This document shows positions 29,825-38,700 of a stretch of DNA of 63,128 nucleotides, in pieces. The notes below the pieces were generated by a model. That model was given only the letters and a program-made list of their open reading frames with translations. It had not been told where the DNA came from and did no database searches. The number at the start of each line of letters is the position of its first letter. Positions within the stretch are counted from its first letter, which is position 1. A program made the translations under genes and the position numbers. Source of the DNA: a virus (lineage: Duplodnaviria; Caudoviricetes). The stretch covers positions 1-63,128 of IMG/VR virus record IMGVR_UViG_3300025266_000001; one strand, 5' to 3'.

Positions 29825-30562
29825 TTATAATATTTCATCTACATAAAAGAACCGGATGTCCTCTGTTGGATTATCTCCATAGAATCTATGGTATTGGGTT
29901 ATCGCTCGGTCAACCTTCTCCTCGCCCCTTCTAATGAACTCCTGAGAGGGTCTGAAGATGCCTAACTTACCGTTAGTCTTGTCTACAACATAAAAAATAA
30001 GAGGTTTTCCAAATAAAGTTTGGTATATGTAGCACTGACTGTCGTAGTTATACTTCTTAGCTGAGTATTTAAAATCAGCAATCTTACTCGTGGTTTTTAG
30101 ATCAATTATTTTATCCGTACATAAAATATCAGCCTTTCCTTTCCAAAGAACTCCCTTGATTTCCTTAATCATCGGAACCTCGTACCGGTTTCCTTCTTGT
30201 CTAATACCTTCAAAAAACGGCAGGTTTTGCATCATCGTATCTACACAACCCTTTATCTCTATACCTTCCTTCTCTAGCATTATAATATCTTGTGAGCTTT
30301 CGGTAACCGCTTCTTTATAGGCTTTCGTGACCCGTGAAGATACGTCAATAAATTTTGTCTCCTTAGCCTTCTCCGGCTCAAGAATTAATTGATGGAAGTA
30401 TCTACCTTTATGGAAGTTTATATTGTCTGGCTGAGGTTTTCTAAAATCTACAGGATTATCAAGCAAGGATCCTATGTCAGAGTTAGATAAAAATTGCTTG
30501 CCAAACGCTCCGTAATAGTCCTCGTCAATTAGAAGTCTATTAATAGTTTTTTGGTCCATCAT
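29825..30562 (-). CDS. RecE/ExoVIII-like PD-(D/E)xK exonuclease (DUF3799-like)
   Basis: LSNSDI, GRYFHQLILEP, WKGKADIL, IIDLKTT, YNYDSQCYIY. Confidence 0.8.
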   Translation of the reverse strand: MMDQKTINRLLIDEDYYGAFGKQFLSNSDIGSLLDNPVDFRKPQPDNINFHKGRYFHQLILEPEKAKETKFIDVSSRVTKAYKEAVTESSQDIIMLEKEGIEIKGCVDTMMQNLPFFEGIRQEGNRYEVPMIKEIKGVLWKGKADILCTDKIIDLKTTSKIADFKYSAKKYNYDSQCYIYQTLFGKPLIFYVVDKTNGKLGIFRPSQEFIRRGEEKVDRAITQYHRFYGDNPTEDIRFFYVDEIL

Positions 30563-31218
30563 TTTGCAGATACCGTTTTAGTGATGGTGGCTTTTACATT
30601 TGCAGAGATCTTGTACTTACGGGATAATGAATCAATAATACGCTTTACGCCCATAGACTTGCTTTCTTCAACGTATTTTAAAACCCTATCCCAATTAGCA
30701 TCACCCGTTTTTAATACAATCAGTCCTGCATCTACTGCAGTTGGTTTTGATATAGGTAAAACCGCTATTGGTTCTGAAGCTTCAGTTTCCGGCAAGTCTT
30801 CACCCGCATAGATATATATACCCATTCCGTGCATAGCTAAATTTTTAACTAGACACCTCATTAGTGTTTTATTGATATCAAAAGTCGTGGCGGGTGCCAC
30901 TTCCTTATCTCCATAACGAGTAGTGTAAGAATACCCCTCTTTTTTCATTGACTTGTTGGCACCGTCCATTACCGGTAGCCACATTGATAATGTCTCTCCC
31001 GCAATTGTAACTGTACTATGACACATAAATCCAAGGTTTTCATCATACTCGATTCCCCCCATTTCATATGTAGCGTCTGGACACGCTTTTTTAACTTCGC
31101 TCCAAGCCCAAGCCCAAGACAAATATGATAGGTTGTTTTTCTTATCAACCTTAGAGTTGACATTAATCGCTGACAATTTTTCAAAGGTAGTCGCTTCCTT
31201 TTCTTCTGATTTTGACAT
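30559..31218 (-). CDS. Sak/Rad52-like single-strand annealing protein (DUF1071-like)
   Basis: LSYLSWAWAW, MWLPVMD, DINKTLMRCLVKNLAMHGMGIYIYAGEDLP. Confidence 0.85.
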   Translation of the reverse strand: MSKSEEKEATTFEKLSAINVNSKVDKKNNLSYLSWAWAWSEVKKACPDATYEMGGIEYDENLGFMCHSTVTIAGETLSMWLPVMDGANKSMKKEGYSYTTRYGDKEVAPATTFDINKTLMRCLVKNLAMHGMGIYIYAGEDLPETEASEPIAVLPISKPTAVDAGLIVLKTGDANWDRVLKYVEESKSMGVKRIIDSLSRKYKISANVKATITKTVSAK

Positions 31219-31219
31219 T

Positions 31220-31630
31220 TTATTTTGATTTTAATAGATTTAATTTTTGTGAGATTCTAGAGTATCGTGCCATAAGAACTGCACGACTCATCTTCCATCC
31301 CAATATTGCTTTTTTACTAACCCTTCCATTTACCTCTTGCTTAATGTGCGCCTCAATGTTAATAAGTTTTAGTCGAATATTCGTCAAAGATAATGTATAA
31401 ACCCCATATCTCCACCCTTTTTCAAAAAAAAGATTATATTCCTGCTCCTCAACCTCCTCATAATAGTCACCACCCTTGGTGGTGTTGTATATTTTTATTC
31501 TGAGTGTCTCACGATCCATTATGGATTTTATACCATATACGATTCTAGCCTCACAACACTTGCTATTAAGGTTCGTAGAATATTGATCATCTACTGACTG
31601 CTGGAACACATCTGCTAAATTATACTTCAT
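31220..31630 (-). CDS. Hypothetical protein
   Basis: Coupled ORF in the operon. Confidence 0.7.
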   Translation of the reverse strand: MKYNLADVFQQSVDDQYSTNLNSKCCEARIVYGIKSIMDRETLRIKIYNTTKGGDYYEEVEEQEYNLFFEKGWRYGVYTLSLTNIRLKLINIEAHIKQEVNGRVSKKAILGWKMSRAVLMARYSRISQKLNLLKSK

Positions 31631-31946
31631 CCTTAATGGTTTTTACTACTAGCTGGTAATCCTTGTCTTTTTTTACTATTTTTGCTGTCTTACGAATTCC
31701 ATAAGTGATAGAGGAGTGGCTTATAATGTATCCCCTTTCCGCCATATACTCTTGGATGTAAACCAGTCTCATAGGTCGTTTTGCACACAAATAATATAGC
31801 AGGTGTCGGGAATCAACAGCATCTTTTCTTTTGTTTTTTTCAAACAGCAGTTTGTCTTCAATGCTAAAAAGATCACACACCCTGTTTACATATTGGTTAA
31901 AAACGTCTTGCTTCATTATGTTTTTGATTTGAATAAATTGATCCAA
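31620..31946 (-). CDS. Second DnaA C-terminal-like HTH protein
   Basis: KNKRKDAVDSRHLLYYLC...ISHSSITYGIRK. Confidence 0.55.
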   Translation of the reverse strand: MDQFIQIKNIMKQDVFNQYVNRVCDLFSIEDKLLFEKNKRKDAVDSRHLLYYLCAKRPMRLVYIQEYMAERGYIISHSSITYGIRKTAKIVKKDKDYQLVVKTIKDEV

Positions 31947-32055
31947 AAGATTTAAATAAATTAGTTAATACATTTGTTACGTCTATAGTTTCCGGAGACA
32001 TACGCTCTCTTGACTTCCGTTTTTTAGCGGTAACTTTGTTTGATTTGATCATAAT

Positions 32056-32355
32056 TTAAGTTGTTGTGTAGTCAAAGGGTTTGTATTCTTCTTCGGTATT
32101 TTTTATTGCAATAATCAGTAGTATAAGGTATCCACAGAGATCAAATAATGTGTCTTCTGTAGCATCATTTAGTCCTTTGTTTTTTATTCTTGAAAGCTTA
32201 TCGTCTATTCTTGTGCACAAAGAGTCCACTGCGTCCCCGTTGCTGAAGATGTGAATTGGCTCTAGGGCTGAATTTCCATAAGCCTCGTTCTTTTCTAGTA
32301 GCATATTACGAACCTCGTCCGTTACGCTTATAATTCTTGATCTATTATCAGACAT
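32056..32355 (-). CDS. DUF1599 / nucleotide-modification-associated domain protein
   Basis: LLEKNEAYGNS, RIDDKLSRI, EDTLFDLCGY; likely start MSDNRS. Confidence 0.7.
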   Translation of the reverse strand: MSDNRSRIISVTDEVRNMLLEKNEAYGNSALEPIHIFSNGDAVDSLCTRIDDKLSRIKNKGLNDATEDTLFDLCGYLILLIIAIKNTEEEYKPFDYTTT

Positions 32356-32436
32356 TTTAATATAATTTAATTTTAACGAATTTACGACTAATTTAGGTCT
32401 AAAACTAATTATTTCCACCCTATTAGGTATAAACAA

Positions 32437-32590
32437 AGGTTGTGGGGGGTATATTATACCTTATCGGGTTCAATTAAATAATGCCTAAAGATATTCCCGT
32501 TACGTTGCTACGCAAGAGGCTTTACTTTGCTATATCTAAAGGCACTATCGTTGTTATCCCGTAATTGTGGTGTTATCCGACGTTAGGTGC
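32437..32590 (+). other. Candidate attI-like insertion site at the array start
   Basis: The first GTTAGGTGC core (32582) has no upstream hairpin arm; TGTTATCC direct repeat at 32552 and 32571. Confidence 0.4.
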
Positions 32591-32592
32591 AA

Positions 32593-32883
32593 TTAATAAG
32601 CACCGTTACTAAACCAATATTTCGTTTCACAATCTTCGCAACAATGTACTTCATCCCAATCCCAATAACTACCATCTAAAGTAGAACCTTTGCTTTCATT
32701 AAAGCATTTAGGATATTGCTCGTTGTTCACTACATAAGTTTCTGTTGTGTCATTGTGTACTGTGCCACAATTAGGGCAAGAGTATTCTTTACCCTTAACT
32801 GCACCTAACAATGTATATAAATCATTGCATTTAGGCATTGGCTTAGTTCCGTTCAATTTATGTTCAATATCTGCTGTATTCAT
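32593..32883 (-). CDS. Cassette gene, CxxC zinc-ribbon-like
   Basis: Starts in the att loop; LYTLLGAV arm peptide; CPNC...CEDC. Confidence 0.75.
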   Translation of the reverse strand: MNTADIEHKLNGTKPMPKCNDLYTLLGAVKGKEYSCPNCGTVHNDTTETYVVNNEQYPKCFNESKGSTLDGSYWDWDEVHCCEDCETKYWFSNGAY

Positions 32884-32943
32884 AGTTCTGTGTTTATTTA
32901 TTAATAATGCAACGCTTCATATACTAGTCCGTTATGTGTAATG

Positions 32944-33225
32944 CTACCCAAAGTTATCTATGTCAGCACTATCTCTATATTTCATTTCACAACCAATACA
33001 CTCAATATCTTCTAGTTCACTTTTTGTCATTTCACCTAAGTGATGTATGTTTTTTTCGTGTTCGGGTATCTTTTCACCGCACGCACTACACATAACACCA
33101 GATAAAATTAATTGCTCTTTTAGTGCTTCCCAAATAAGTTCAGGGCTATTAAATTCTGACCTAAATTCATCTTCAAAAGTATCTTCAATCTTACTTACTT
33201 TTTTTATAAATTCTGCTTTTTTCAT
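32944..33225 (-). CDS. Cassette gene, CxxC
   Basis: EQLILSGV arm peptide; CSAC...CIGC. Confidence 0.75.
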   Translation of the reverse strand: MKKAEFIKKVSKIEDTFEDEFRSEFNSPELIWEALKEQLILSGVMCSACGEKIPEHEKNIHHLGEMTKSELEDIECIGCEMKYRDSADIDNFG

Positions 33226-33285
33226 TTGTGTATTTTTATTTAATTTGTTTCTTAATTCTACGCAACTAATCTTATCTGCGATACG

Positions 33286-33513
33286 TTATGTGGCATTTAC
33301 TGCACGTCTAACATCAACCCAATATTTTCTAACAGAAACCACTCCCCAATTTTCTGCTTGTAATTCAATTTCGTCAATTACCTTATTTACTACTTTATTT
33401 GTTTCTTTATCGCTTGGCATATAACCATTGTCTTCATCCCATTCATATTGTTGAAACTTTTCTAATAAATCTTCTGCTTTTAATTTTGGACTCATAATAA
33501 AATAACGCCACAT
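33286..33513 (-). CDS. Cassette gene (MSPKLKAEDL; paralog of 24745-25047)
   Basis: Likely start at the second Met; stop TAA lies in the GTTA core. Confidence 0.75.
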   Translation of the reverse strand: MWRYFIMSPKLKAEDLLEKFQQYEWDEDNGYMPSDKETNKVVNKVIDEIELQAENWGVVSVRKYWVDVRRAVNAT

Positions 33514-33655
33514 AACAAAATATAAAAATAATAGCCTAGTTACGTGGTCTTATTAAAGGCTATTGTGTATTAATTAATTTAGTTTATAATTGAATATTTG
33601 TTTACTTTTTATCGGCTACTATTATTATACTAACCGTTACCAAAAATAAAAAATA

Positions 33656-33985
33656 CTAATCTTTCATCTTTTTAATAAAGTCCGTGAAGTGTAGAGTGTA
33701 TGCAGGATGAAATCCATTGTGTTTTAAAATACTTTCATCCATTATTATATCCATTGGTGTTTTAGGTATAATTTTGTCTTTTACTTCTTCTGTTAATGTT
33801 TCGTCAAGGTATTTATAAAACTCAATTCCAAGTCCGTCAATATCTTCATTGGTTAGTGTTTTACCAGCTTCTTTCCAATTTTTTCTAATAAAGTATCTAA
33901 AAATGTCTGTCATAATTATCCGTATTTTTTTACATTTGGTAACACCGTATAAAATCCATTGCGAAAAGCAACGTATCTTATACAA
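33656..33985 (-). CDS. Cassette gene, hypothetical
   Basis: Probable start at internal MTDIF inside the body. Confidence 0.65.
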   Translation of the reverse strand: MYKIRCFSQWILYGVTKCKKIRIIMTDIFRYFIRKNWKEAGKTLTNEDIDGLGIEFYKYLDETLTEEVKDKIIPKTPMDIIMDESILKHNGFHPAYTLHFTDFIKKMKD

Positions 33986-33995
33986 TTCGTTATGC

Positions 33996-34211
33996 TTAAT
34001 TTTTTAGCCAACATTCTATCCATAAGTTAAGCCAAAGTACTTGTATATCTATTGCGAAATGGTATTTACCTATATTGTTTTGTTTGTTAACTTTTAGCAC
34101 AAATCCAAAGTCTAGCCAATCCCAAATTATGTGAGGTTTAAAAAACATAAGCATAACACCGTATAAAGTCCATTGCTTTTTATCTTTTTGGTCACTTATT
34201 TCTTTACTCAT
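33996..34211 (-). CDS. Cassette gene, hypothetical
   Basis: MSKEI...KQWTLYGV arm peptide; Trp-rich. Confidence 0.7.
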   Translation of the reverse strand: MSKEISDQKDKKQWTLYGVMLMFFKPHIIWDWLDFGFVLKVNKQNNIGKYHFAIDIQVLWLNLWIECWLKN

Positions 34212-34295
34212 AATTTCTGTTTATTAATTAGTTTTGTCGCTTAATTAAAGGTTGCAACGTACCTTATACAGTCCGTTAGCAAACATAATTTGCTA

Positions 34296-34523
34296 CTATT
34301 CGCATTCATTACAATGTTCTTTTCTTCTTCCATTTTCATCGACTGTATAACCATATCCATCACAATTACCGCAAACAACGGATTTGCTAACAACGGGTAT
34401 CGTTAATGCTGTGTTGCAAGTTTCAATAATCATTTTACCCCATTCCTCATCAACTCGACCAAGTTTTATACCTGTTAAAAGTTGTACTTTTACTTGCTCA
34501 ATATCGTTTTTTAATTCTTCCAT
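34296..34523 (-). CDS. Cassette gene, DnaJ-type CxxCxGxG finger
   Basis: ALTIPVVS arm peptide; CGNCDGYG...CNEC. Confidence 0.7.
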   Translation of the reverse strand: MEELKNDIEQVKVQLLTGIKLGRVDEEWGKMIIETCNTALTIPVVSKSVVCGNCDGYGYTVDENGRRKEHCNECE

Positions 34524-34592
34524 TTTTATTAAGTTTTGTTATTATTAAATCGCACTAACCATACCCAAATACGTTGTGCTTAATACGGAATA

Positions 34593-34916
34593 CTAATAAA
34601 GGTATGGGTGCAAAGTTTGCAAACTATCTTTTTTTACTTCTTCCCAGATTATTTGATTATCCCAAGTGCAAGGCACAAACACTTGTTTGCAGTATAATTT
34701 AACTCCTGTTTTTCTAAGTTCAGATATTACATCTTCCATCTCTTCGTCACTCATATTGTTTGCGCCTTTTATGTTCTTGCTTACAAAGTCAGCGACTTGC
34801 AAACTCTCAGGTTGTTCGCATACATAACAACGGGTTTGTTTATCCGAGCAAGAAAAAAGTACTAAGCACAACAATGTATAAAGTGCATAGCGAGTAAGCG
34901 TTTTAATTAAGTTCAT
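34593..34916 (-). CDS. Cassette gene, putative lipoprotein
   Basis: ALYTLLCLVLFSC: the att arm supplies part of a hydrophobic signal ending in a lipobox-like FSC. Confidence 0.65.
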   Translation of the reverse strand: MNLIKTLTRYALYTLLCLVLFSCSDKQTRCYVCEQPESLQVADFVSKNIKGANNMSDEEMEDVISELRKTGVKLYCKQVFVPCTWDNQIIWEEVKKDSLQTLHPYLY

Positions 34917-35006
34917 TTTGTATCTATTTAAGTTCTTTATAATTCAATATTTCGTGCTGTTTAGGTCGCTACGACACCTTATACTAGACGTTAGAGTGCA
35001 TTGTGC

Positions 35007-35240
35007 TTAAATTACATCACCACATTTGGAGCAGGCGGTTATATCTACGCCACAAGTTATATCTGCTTGGTAATCGTGTTCGCACAACGTACCCTTCGGC
35101 ACACTAACACCAGATAAAATTAATTGCTTGGCTTCTAGCTTTTCTACATAAGACTCTAATTGGTCAACGTATTCTAAAAATCTCATTTTAGAACCTTCAT
35201 AATACATTACTCTTTCTGGTTTTGTTATTTCTTTACTCAT
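35007..35240 (-). CDS. Cassette gene, hypothetical
   Basis: MSKEI...KQLILSGVS; CEHDY...CSKCG. Confidence 0.7.
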   Translation of the reverse strand: MSKEITKPERVMYYEGSKMRFLEYVDQLESYVEKLEAKQLILSGVSVPKGTLCEHDYQADITCGVDITACSKCGDVI

Positions 35241-35294
35241 CGTTTATTTATTTAATTCGTTAATATTTCCGCAACTAATCTTATCTGTATAACG

Positions 35295-35441
35295 TTATAC
35301 ACAATAAATTAAACCTAACACTATCAATCCAACAAATAAAGTCATACCAACATAGTGTTTAATTAATTCTCTTGTCTTGTTAATATTTTTACCCTGTAAT
35401 TCTAATAAAGCTAATTTCATATAATATCCTCCTTGTAACAT
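35295..35441 (-). CDS. Cassette gene, 48-aa membrane peptide
   Basis: Hand-translated MLQGGYY...TLFVGLIVLGLIYCV; stop in the GTTA core. Confidence 0.5.
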   Translation of the reverse strand: MLQGGYYMKLALLELQGKNINKTRELIKHYVGMTLFVGLIVLGLIYCV

Positions 35442-35504
35442 AATTTTGTTTTTTAAATGGTTTAATTAAAAGTGTATAACATCGTACATAATTAATAAAT
35501 AAAA

Positions 35505-35645
35505 CTAACTGCGTGCTAGCTTTGTTTCAAGTTCGTATAGTGTAGTTAAACTAAGTACTGTATGGTTTCCATCATTTAAGCAGTCTCTAACAAGTCTAAT
35601 TAAGTACCTTCTTTCTGCTTCTGTTATTTTAATTTCGTGTTTCAT
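35505..35645 (-). CDS. 46-aa ORF inside an att loop
   Basis: Hand-translated MKHEIKITEAERRYLIRLV...KLARS. Confidence 0.5.
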   Translation of the reverse strand: MKHEIKITEAERRYLIRLVRDCLNDGNHTVLSLTTLYELETKLARS

Positions 35646-35691
35646 AATTCGTAATTTTAAAATTCATATTCTAATTCGCCGTTATGCGCAA

Positions 35692-35898
35692 TTAAAGTCC
35701 GTCATTTAACTCTTGTGGTTCTTTATTACATTTAGCACATATATACCCATATAGATGGTCTTTCACTTTTCCGAGTTCTTCTACATCCCAAAGTTCCTCA
35801 CCGTCTTTTTCAGTCACTTTTACTTTAAACTTTTCATTCCAAACATTGTATATCCTAATAAATTCATCAGAACCACATTCACATTTATAATATTTCAT
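35692..35898 (-). CDS. Cassette gene, Cys motifs
   Basis: YKCECGS...CAKC; fills the body exactly. Confidence 0.7.
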   Translation of the reverse strand: MKYYKCECGSDEFIRIYNVWNEKFKVKVTEKDGEELWDVEELGKVKDHLYGYICAKCNKEPQELNDGL

Positions 35899-35953
35899 TT
35901 TTAAATCAATTAAAAGCGCATAACAACGTATAAAATTAATGCGCTTGGTTATA

Positions 35954-36214
35954 CTACTTTTCTAGTACATATCTAAGGTGTTTAACCTCTTTTCCTTTCG
36001 TGTGCACTTGTATTCCTATGCTTGTAGGTGTGCCGTTATTGTCAGCCATTCCGCAAACACTTACAACCTCGCTTACTTCAATTACTTCGTGCTGTTCTTT
36101 TTCTACAACCATATAAGGGTAGTTAATAGAACCGTTTTTAAAATCCTCAATCTCTTTTTTTGTAAAATATTTCATTGTTTTTTGTTTAAGTTTATTATTA
36201 ACTAACCCTAACAC
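35954..36214 (-). CDS. Cassette gene, hypothetical
   Basis: Likely start MKYFTKKE. Confidence 0.65.
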   Translation of the reverse strand: MLGLVNNKLKQKTMKYFTKKEIEDFKNGSINYPYMVVEKEQHEVIEVSEVVSVCGMADNNGTPTSIGIQVHTKGKEVKHLRYVLEK

Positions 36215-36341
36215 AAAATATAATGCATAGCTAGTATTGGTTTATTTATTAAGTTGTTCGGTATTTCCGAACTACTGTATTATTTATTTTGGTTCGTGTA
36301 TTGTAACGCTACGCACCATATTCAAAACGTTATGTGTAATA

Positions 36342-36545
36342 CTACTTATCTCGCCAAGTCCATCCTAAACACCATTTGCAAAACAGTCGGTTTATTAACT
36401 TTGGTTTTTTTGTGAAATTAAATTCAATCGTATTTACTTTTGTCCCTGTAATTTCGTAACTACCTACAACTTTAGGTGTTTCAATTTGATTTAATGTAAA
36501 TGTGTTATTTTCCATTTTAATTAAGTTTGTGCTAAACGTTAGCAT
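36342..36545 (-). CDS. Cassette gene, hypothetical
   Basis: Likely start MENNTF; KKPKLINRLFCKWCLGWTW. Confidence 0.65.
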   Translation of the reverse strand: MLTFSTNLIKMENNTFTLNQIETPKVVGSYEITGTKVNTIEFNFTKKPKLINRLFCKWCLGWTWRDK

Positions 36546-36553
36546 TAATATTA

Positions 36554-36739
36554 TTAATCACAACCGCACTCGTAGTTATTATTAGTGTTCATTTCCTCTT
36601 TGCAGTCTCGGCATCTAAGTATTATTCGTGTGGTTAGTTGGTTCAACCGTTCATTTATTAAGTCTGTTAAGTCTTTTTTTGATAATCCACTTCTAATATG
36701 AAAATTCAATTCATTTAAAAAAAGTTCTTCTCCTGTCAT
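36554..36739 (-). CDS. Cassette gene, hypothetical
   Basis: CRDC...CGC; lies in a degenerate unit. Confidence 0.6.
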   Translation of the reverse strand: MTGEELFLNELNFHIRSGLSKKDLTDLINERLNQLTTRIILRCRDCKEEMNTNNNYECGCD

Positions 36740-36794
36740 AATTCATTTATTTAATCCGTTAAAAATCTAATCATATACTCAACGTTGTAGCCAA

Positions 36795-37049
36795 TTATTT
36801 GCTATCCTCTATAAATCGTTTAACTATTCTCTCCAAAGCAAGGTCTTTGTAATTGGTAGGCATAGCGTATTTCAATACCGCAAATAACTGTTCGCTTTGC
36901 CCTACAACATCGGCTATAATTAATTGCTGGGCTTCTGCTCCTTTATGAAATCCGTGCATAAAACCATTGCATTCATCTTGGTTAAATCCTAACTTAATAT
37001 AATCATTAAGTGCTTTTTGAAACTCTTCTGTGTATTTTTCGTTTGTCAT
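36795..37049 (-). CDS. Cassette gene, hypothetical
   Basis: QQLIIADVVGQSEQL arm peptide. Confidence 0.7.
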   Translation of the reverse strand: MTNEKYTEEFQKALNDYIKLGFNQDECNGFMHGFHKGAEAQQLIIADVVGQSEQLFAVLKYAMPTNYKDLALERIVKRFIEDSK

Positions 37050-37106
37050 TATCTATAAATTTTAGTGTTATTATTTTGCAACTAATCATAGCCGTGAGCG
37101 TTAGAG

Positions 37107-37343
37107 TTAATTGCCCTTTTCAGGTGTTATCCTTTTACCACATTCGCAACTTAAATAAGTCCAATCAGAGTTTACATAGTATTTGCATTCGTGGACGGGC
37201 AACGTAACACTAACACCAGATAACTTTAATTGCTCTTTATGGTATTGTTTAGCAAATTCGGTCATTGCATTTAGTATACTTTCATTACTATTACCTACCT
37301 CTACACCGTTTAAGTGTTTGTTTAATATTATTTGTTTATTCAT
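37107..37343 (-). CDS. Cassette gene, hypothetical
   Basis: EQLKLSGVS arm peptide; HEC...CECG. Confidence 0.7.
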   Translation of the reverse strand: MNKQIILNKHLNGVEVGNSNESILNAMTEFAKQYHKEQLKLSGVSVTLPVHECKYYVNSDWTYLSCECGKRITPEKGN

Positions 37344-37396
37344 TGTATTTTATTTAATTCGTTAATATTTCCGCAACTAATCTTATCTGTATAACG

Positions 37397-37585
37397 TTAG
37401 CAACCATTAGACCACCAAGTTTCGCACTTTTTACAAGCATAAGAATTTTCTGTAAGTGTTGTTTTATGTCCTTTAGATTTACATTTATGGCAAACGGAAT
37501 TGCTAACAACACCTATATTTAATTGCTTACTTTCTTCCGTTTCTCTAAGGTTTCTAATTAATAATTTACTGTTTCCTTTTCTCAT
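37397..37585 (-). CDS. Cassette gene, CxxC
   Basis: KQLNIGVVS; CHKC...CKKC; stop in the GTTA core. Confidence 0.7.
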   Translation of the reverse strand: MRKGNSKLLIRNLRETEESKQLNIGVVSNSVCHKCKSKGHKTTLTENSYACKKCETWWSNGC

Positions 37586-37640
37586 AACTTTATTATTCTA
37601 ATACGCAACTCTCGTTATCTGTACAACGTTATATTTAATG

Positions 37641-37925
37641 CTAGATTCCAATGTATTCAAAAACGTGTCCAACAAATTCACCTTTTTGATATTGGTAAGT
37701 TCCAATGTATTTTCTATCCACACCCATATCATATTTGATTTCGTGACCTGTTCCAAATAATTCAAAAATCCTTTCCTCTTTTCCATTGTCTGTTTTAACC
37801 ATTACCCACATACAGGGCTTAAATGTTTTTTGGTCTTGTTGCACCGAAAGTATTTCAGCGTCTTTAGGTATTTGCAATTTTGTAAGTTCTTCAAACTCTA
37901 ATTCATATTTCCAAATCGTGTACAT
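37641..37925 (-). CDS. Cassette gene, conserved-looking phage protein
   Basis: TIWKYEL...AEILSVQ...GTGH...YIGTYQ...HVFE pattern. Confidence 0.75.
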   Translation of the reverse strand: MYTIWKYELEFEELTKLQIPKDAEILSVQQDQKTFKPCMWVMVKTDNGKEERIFELFGTGHEIKYDMGVDRKYIGTYQYQKGEFVGHVFEYIGI

Positions 37926-37955
37926 ATTTATTTTGTTTTTAATTAATTAACCGCA

Positions 37956-38093
37956 CTAAAATATAACACCAGATAAAATTAATTGCTTATTTCTATCATT
38001 TAAAATCGTATATGCTTCAGCTGTAATGTCTCCGTTCTGGTGTAATCGCTTTAAAATACGTTCAGTTTCTTTTAATTGTTTTTTGTTCTTCAT
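37956..38093 (-). CDS. 45-aa ORF starting in an att loop
   Basis: Hand-translated MKNKKQLKE...KQLILSGVIF*. Confidence 0.5.
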   Translation of the reverse strand: MKNKKQLKETERILKRLHQNGDITAEAYTILNDRNKQLILSGVIF

Positions 38094-38142
38094 TGTTTAT
38101 TTTGTTAAGTTATTATTCACGCAACTAATCTTATACAATTCG

Positions 38143-38316
38143 TTACCCCTCCACATTCAGTATATCACATTTTCTTTTACCAATGTGTAGTTCTACTAAA
38201 GCCGTATCAATCAAGCTGAAGTCTTCTGAATAGTCATAGAACAGACCTTCAATCTCCAGTACTTCTCTTACTGTTGTACAGTTTGCTATGGCTGATATAA
38301 ATTCTTCTTTAGTCAT
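38143..38316 (-). CDS. Cassette gene, 57 aa
   Basis: Hand-translated MTKEEFISAIANC...NVEG; stop in the GTTA core. Confidence 0.55.
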   Translation of the reverse strand: MTKEEFISAIANCTTVREVLEIEGLFYDYSEDFSLIDTALVELHIGKRKCDILNVEG

Positions 38317-38439
38317 TTAGATTGGTTTTGTGGTGGTGGTGTTGGGTAATAAAAATTAACAATACTTTAAAGATGTTTATCAATTTACTAATCTTTCCAT
38401 AATTTTTTCTTTCCTTATTACTATTCGTTGTAAAACATA

Positions 38440-38688
38440 TTATTGACCTAATCTTTTTTGTTTCATCGAGCAACCTAAACATTGTTGTTTACATTCTTCA
38501 CTTTCCTTTACGTTAACTGCATAGCAATAAGACGATTTTACAACACCGCATAAATCAAATGCAACCATATACCCCATCTTAAAACCAAACGCACCGTCAA
38601 GGTTGTTTATATATCCCTTTTTTTCAGCTTCGTTACAGAGGTTATCCATTACTTTAGCCTGTTCTTTTGTTAATTTTATTTTATCCAT
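38440..38688 (-). CDS. Cassette gene, hypothetical
   Basis: AFDLCGVV arm peptide; CKQQCLGC. Confidence 0.7.
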   Translation of the reverse strand: MDKIKLTKEQAKVMDNLCNEAEKKGYINNLDGAFGFKMGYMVAFDLCGVVKSSYCYAVNVKESEECKQQCLGCSMKQKRLGQ

Positions 38689-38700
38689 AATTATATTTAA

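Noticed and set aside
37598-37786. Alternative-frame ORF
   Set aside because: Overlaps the better-supported 37641-37925 gene on the same strand.
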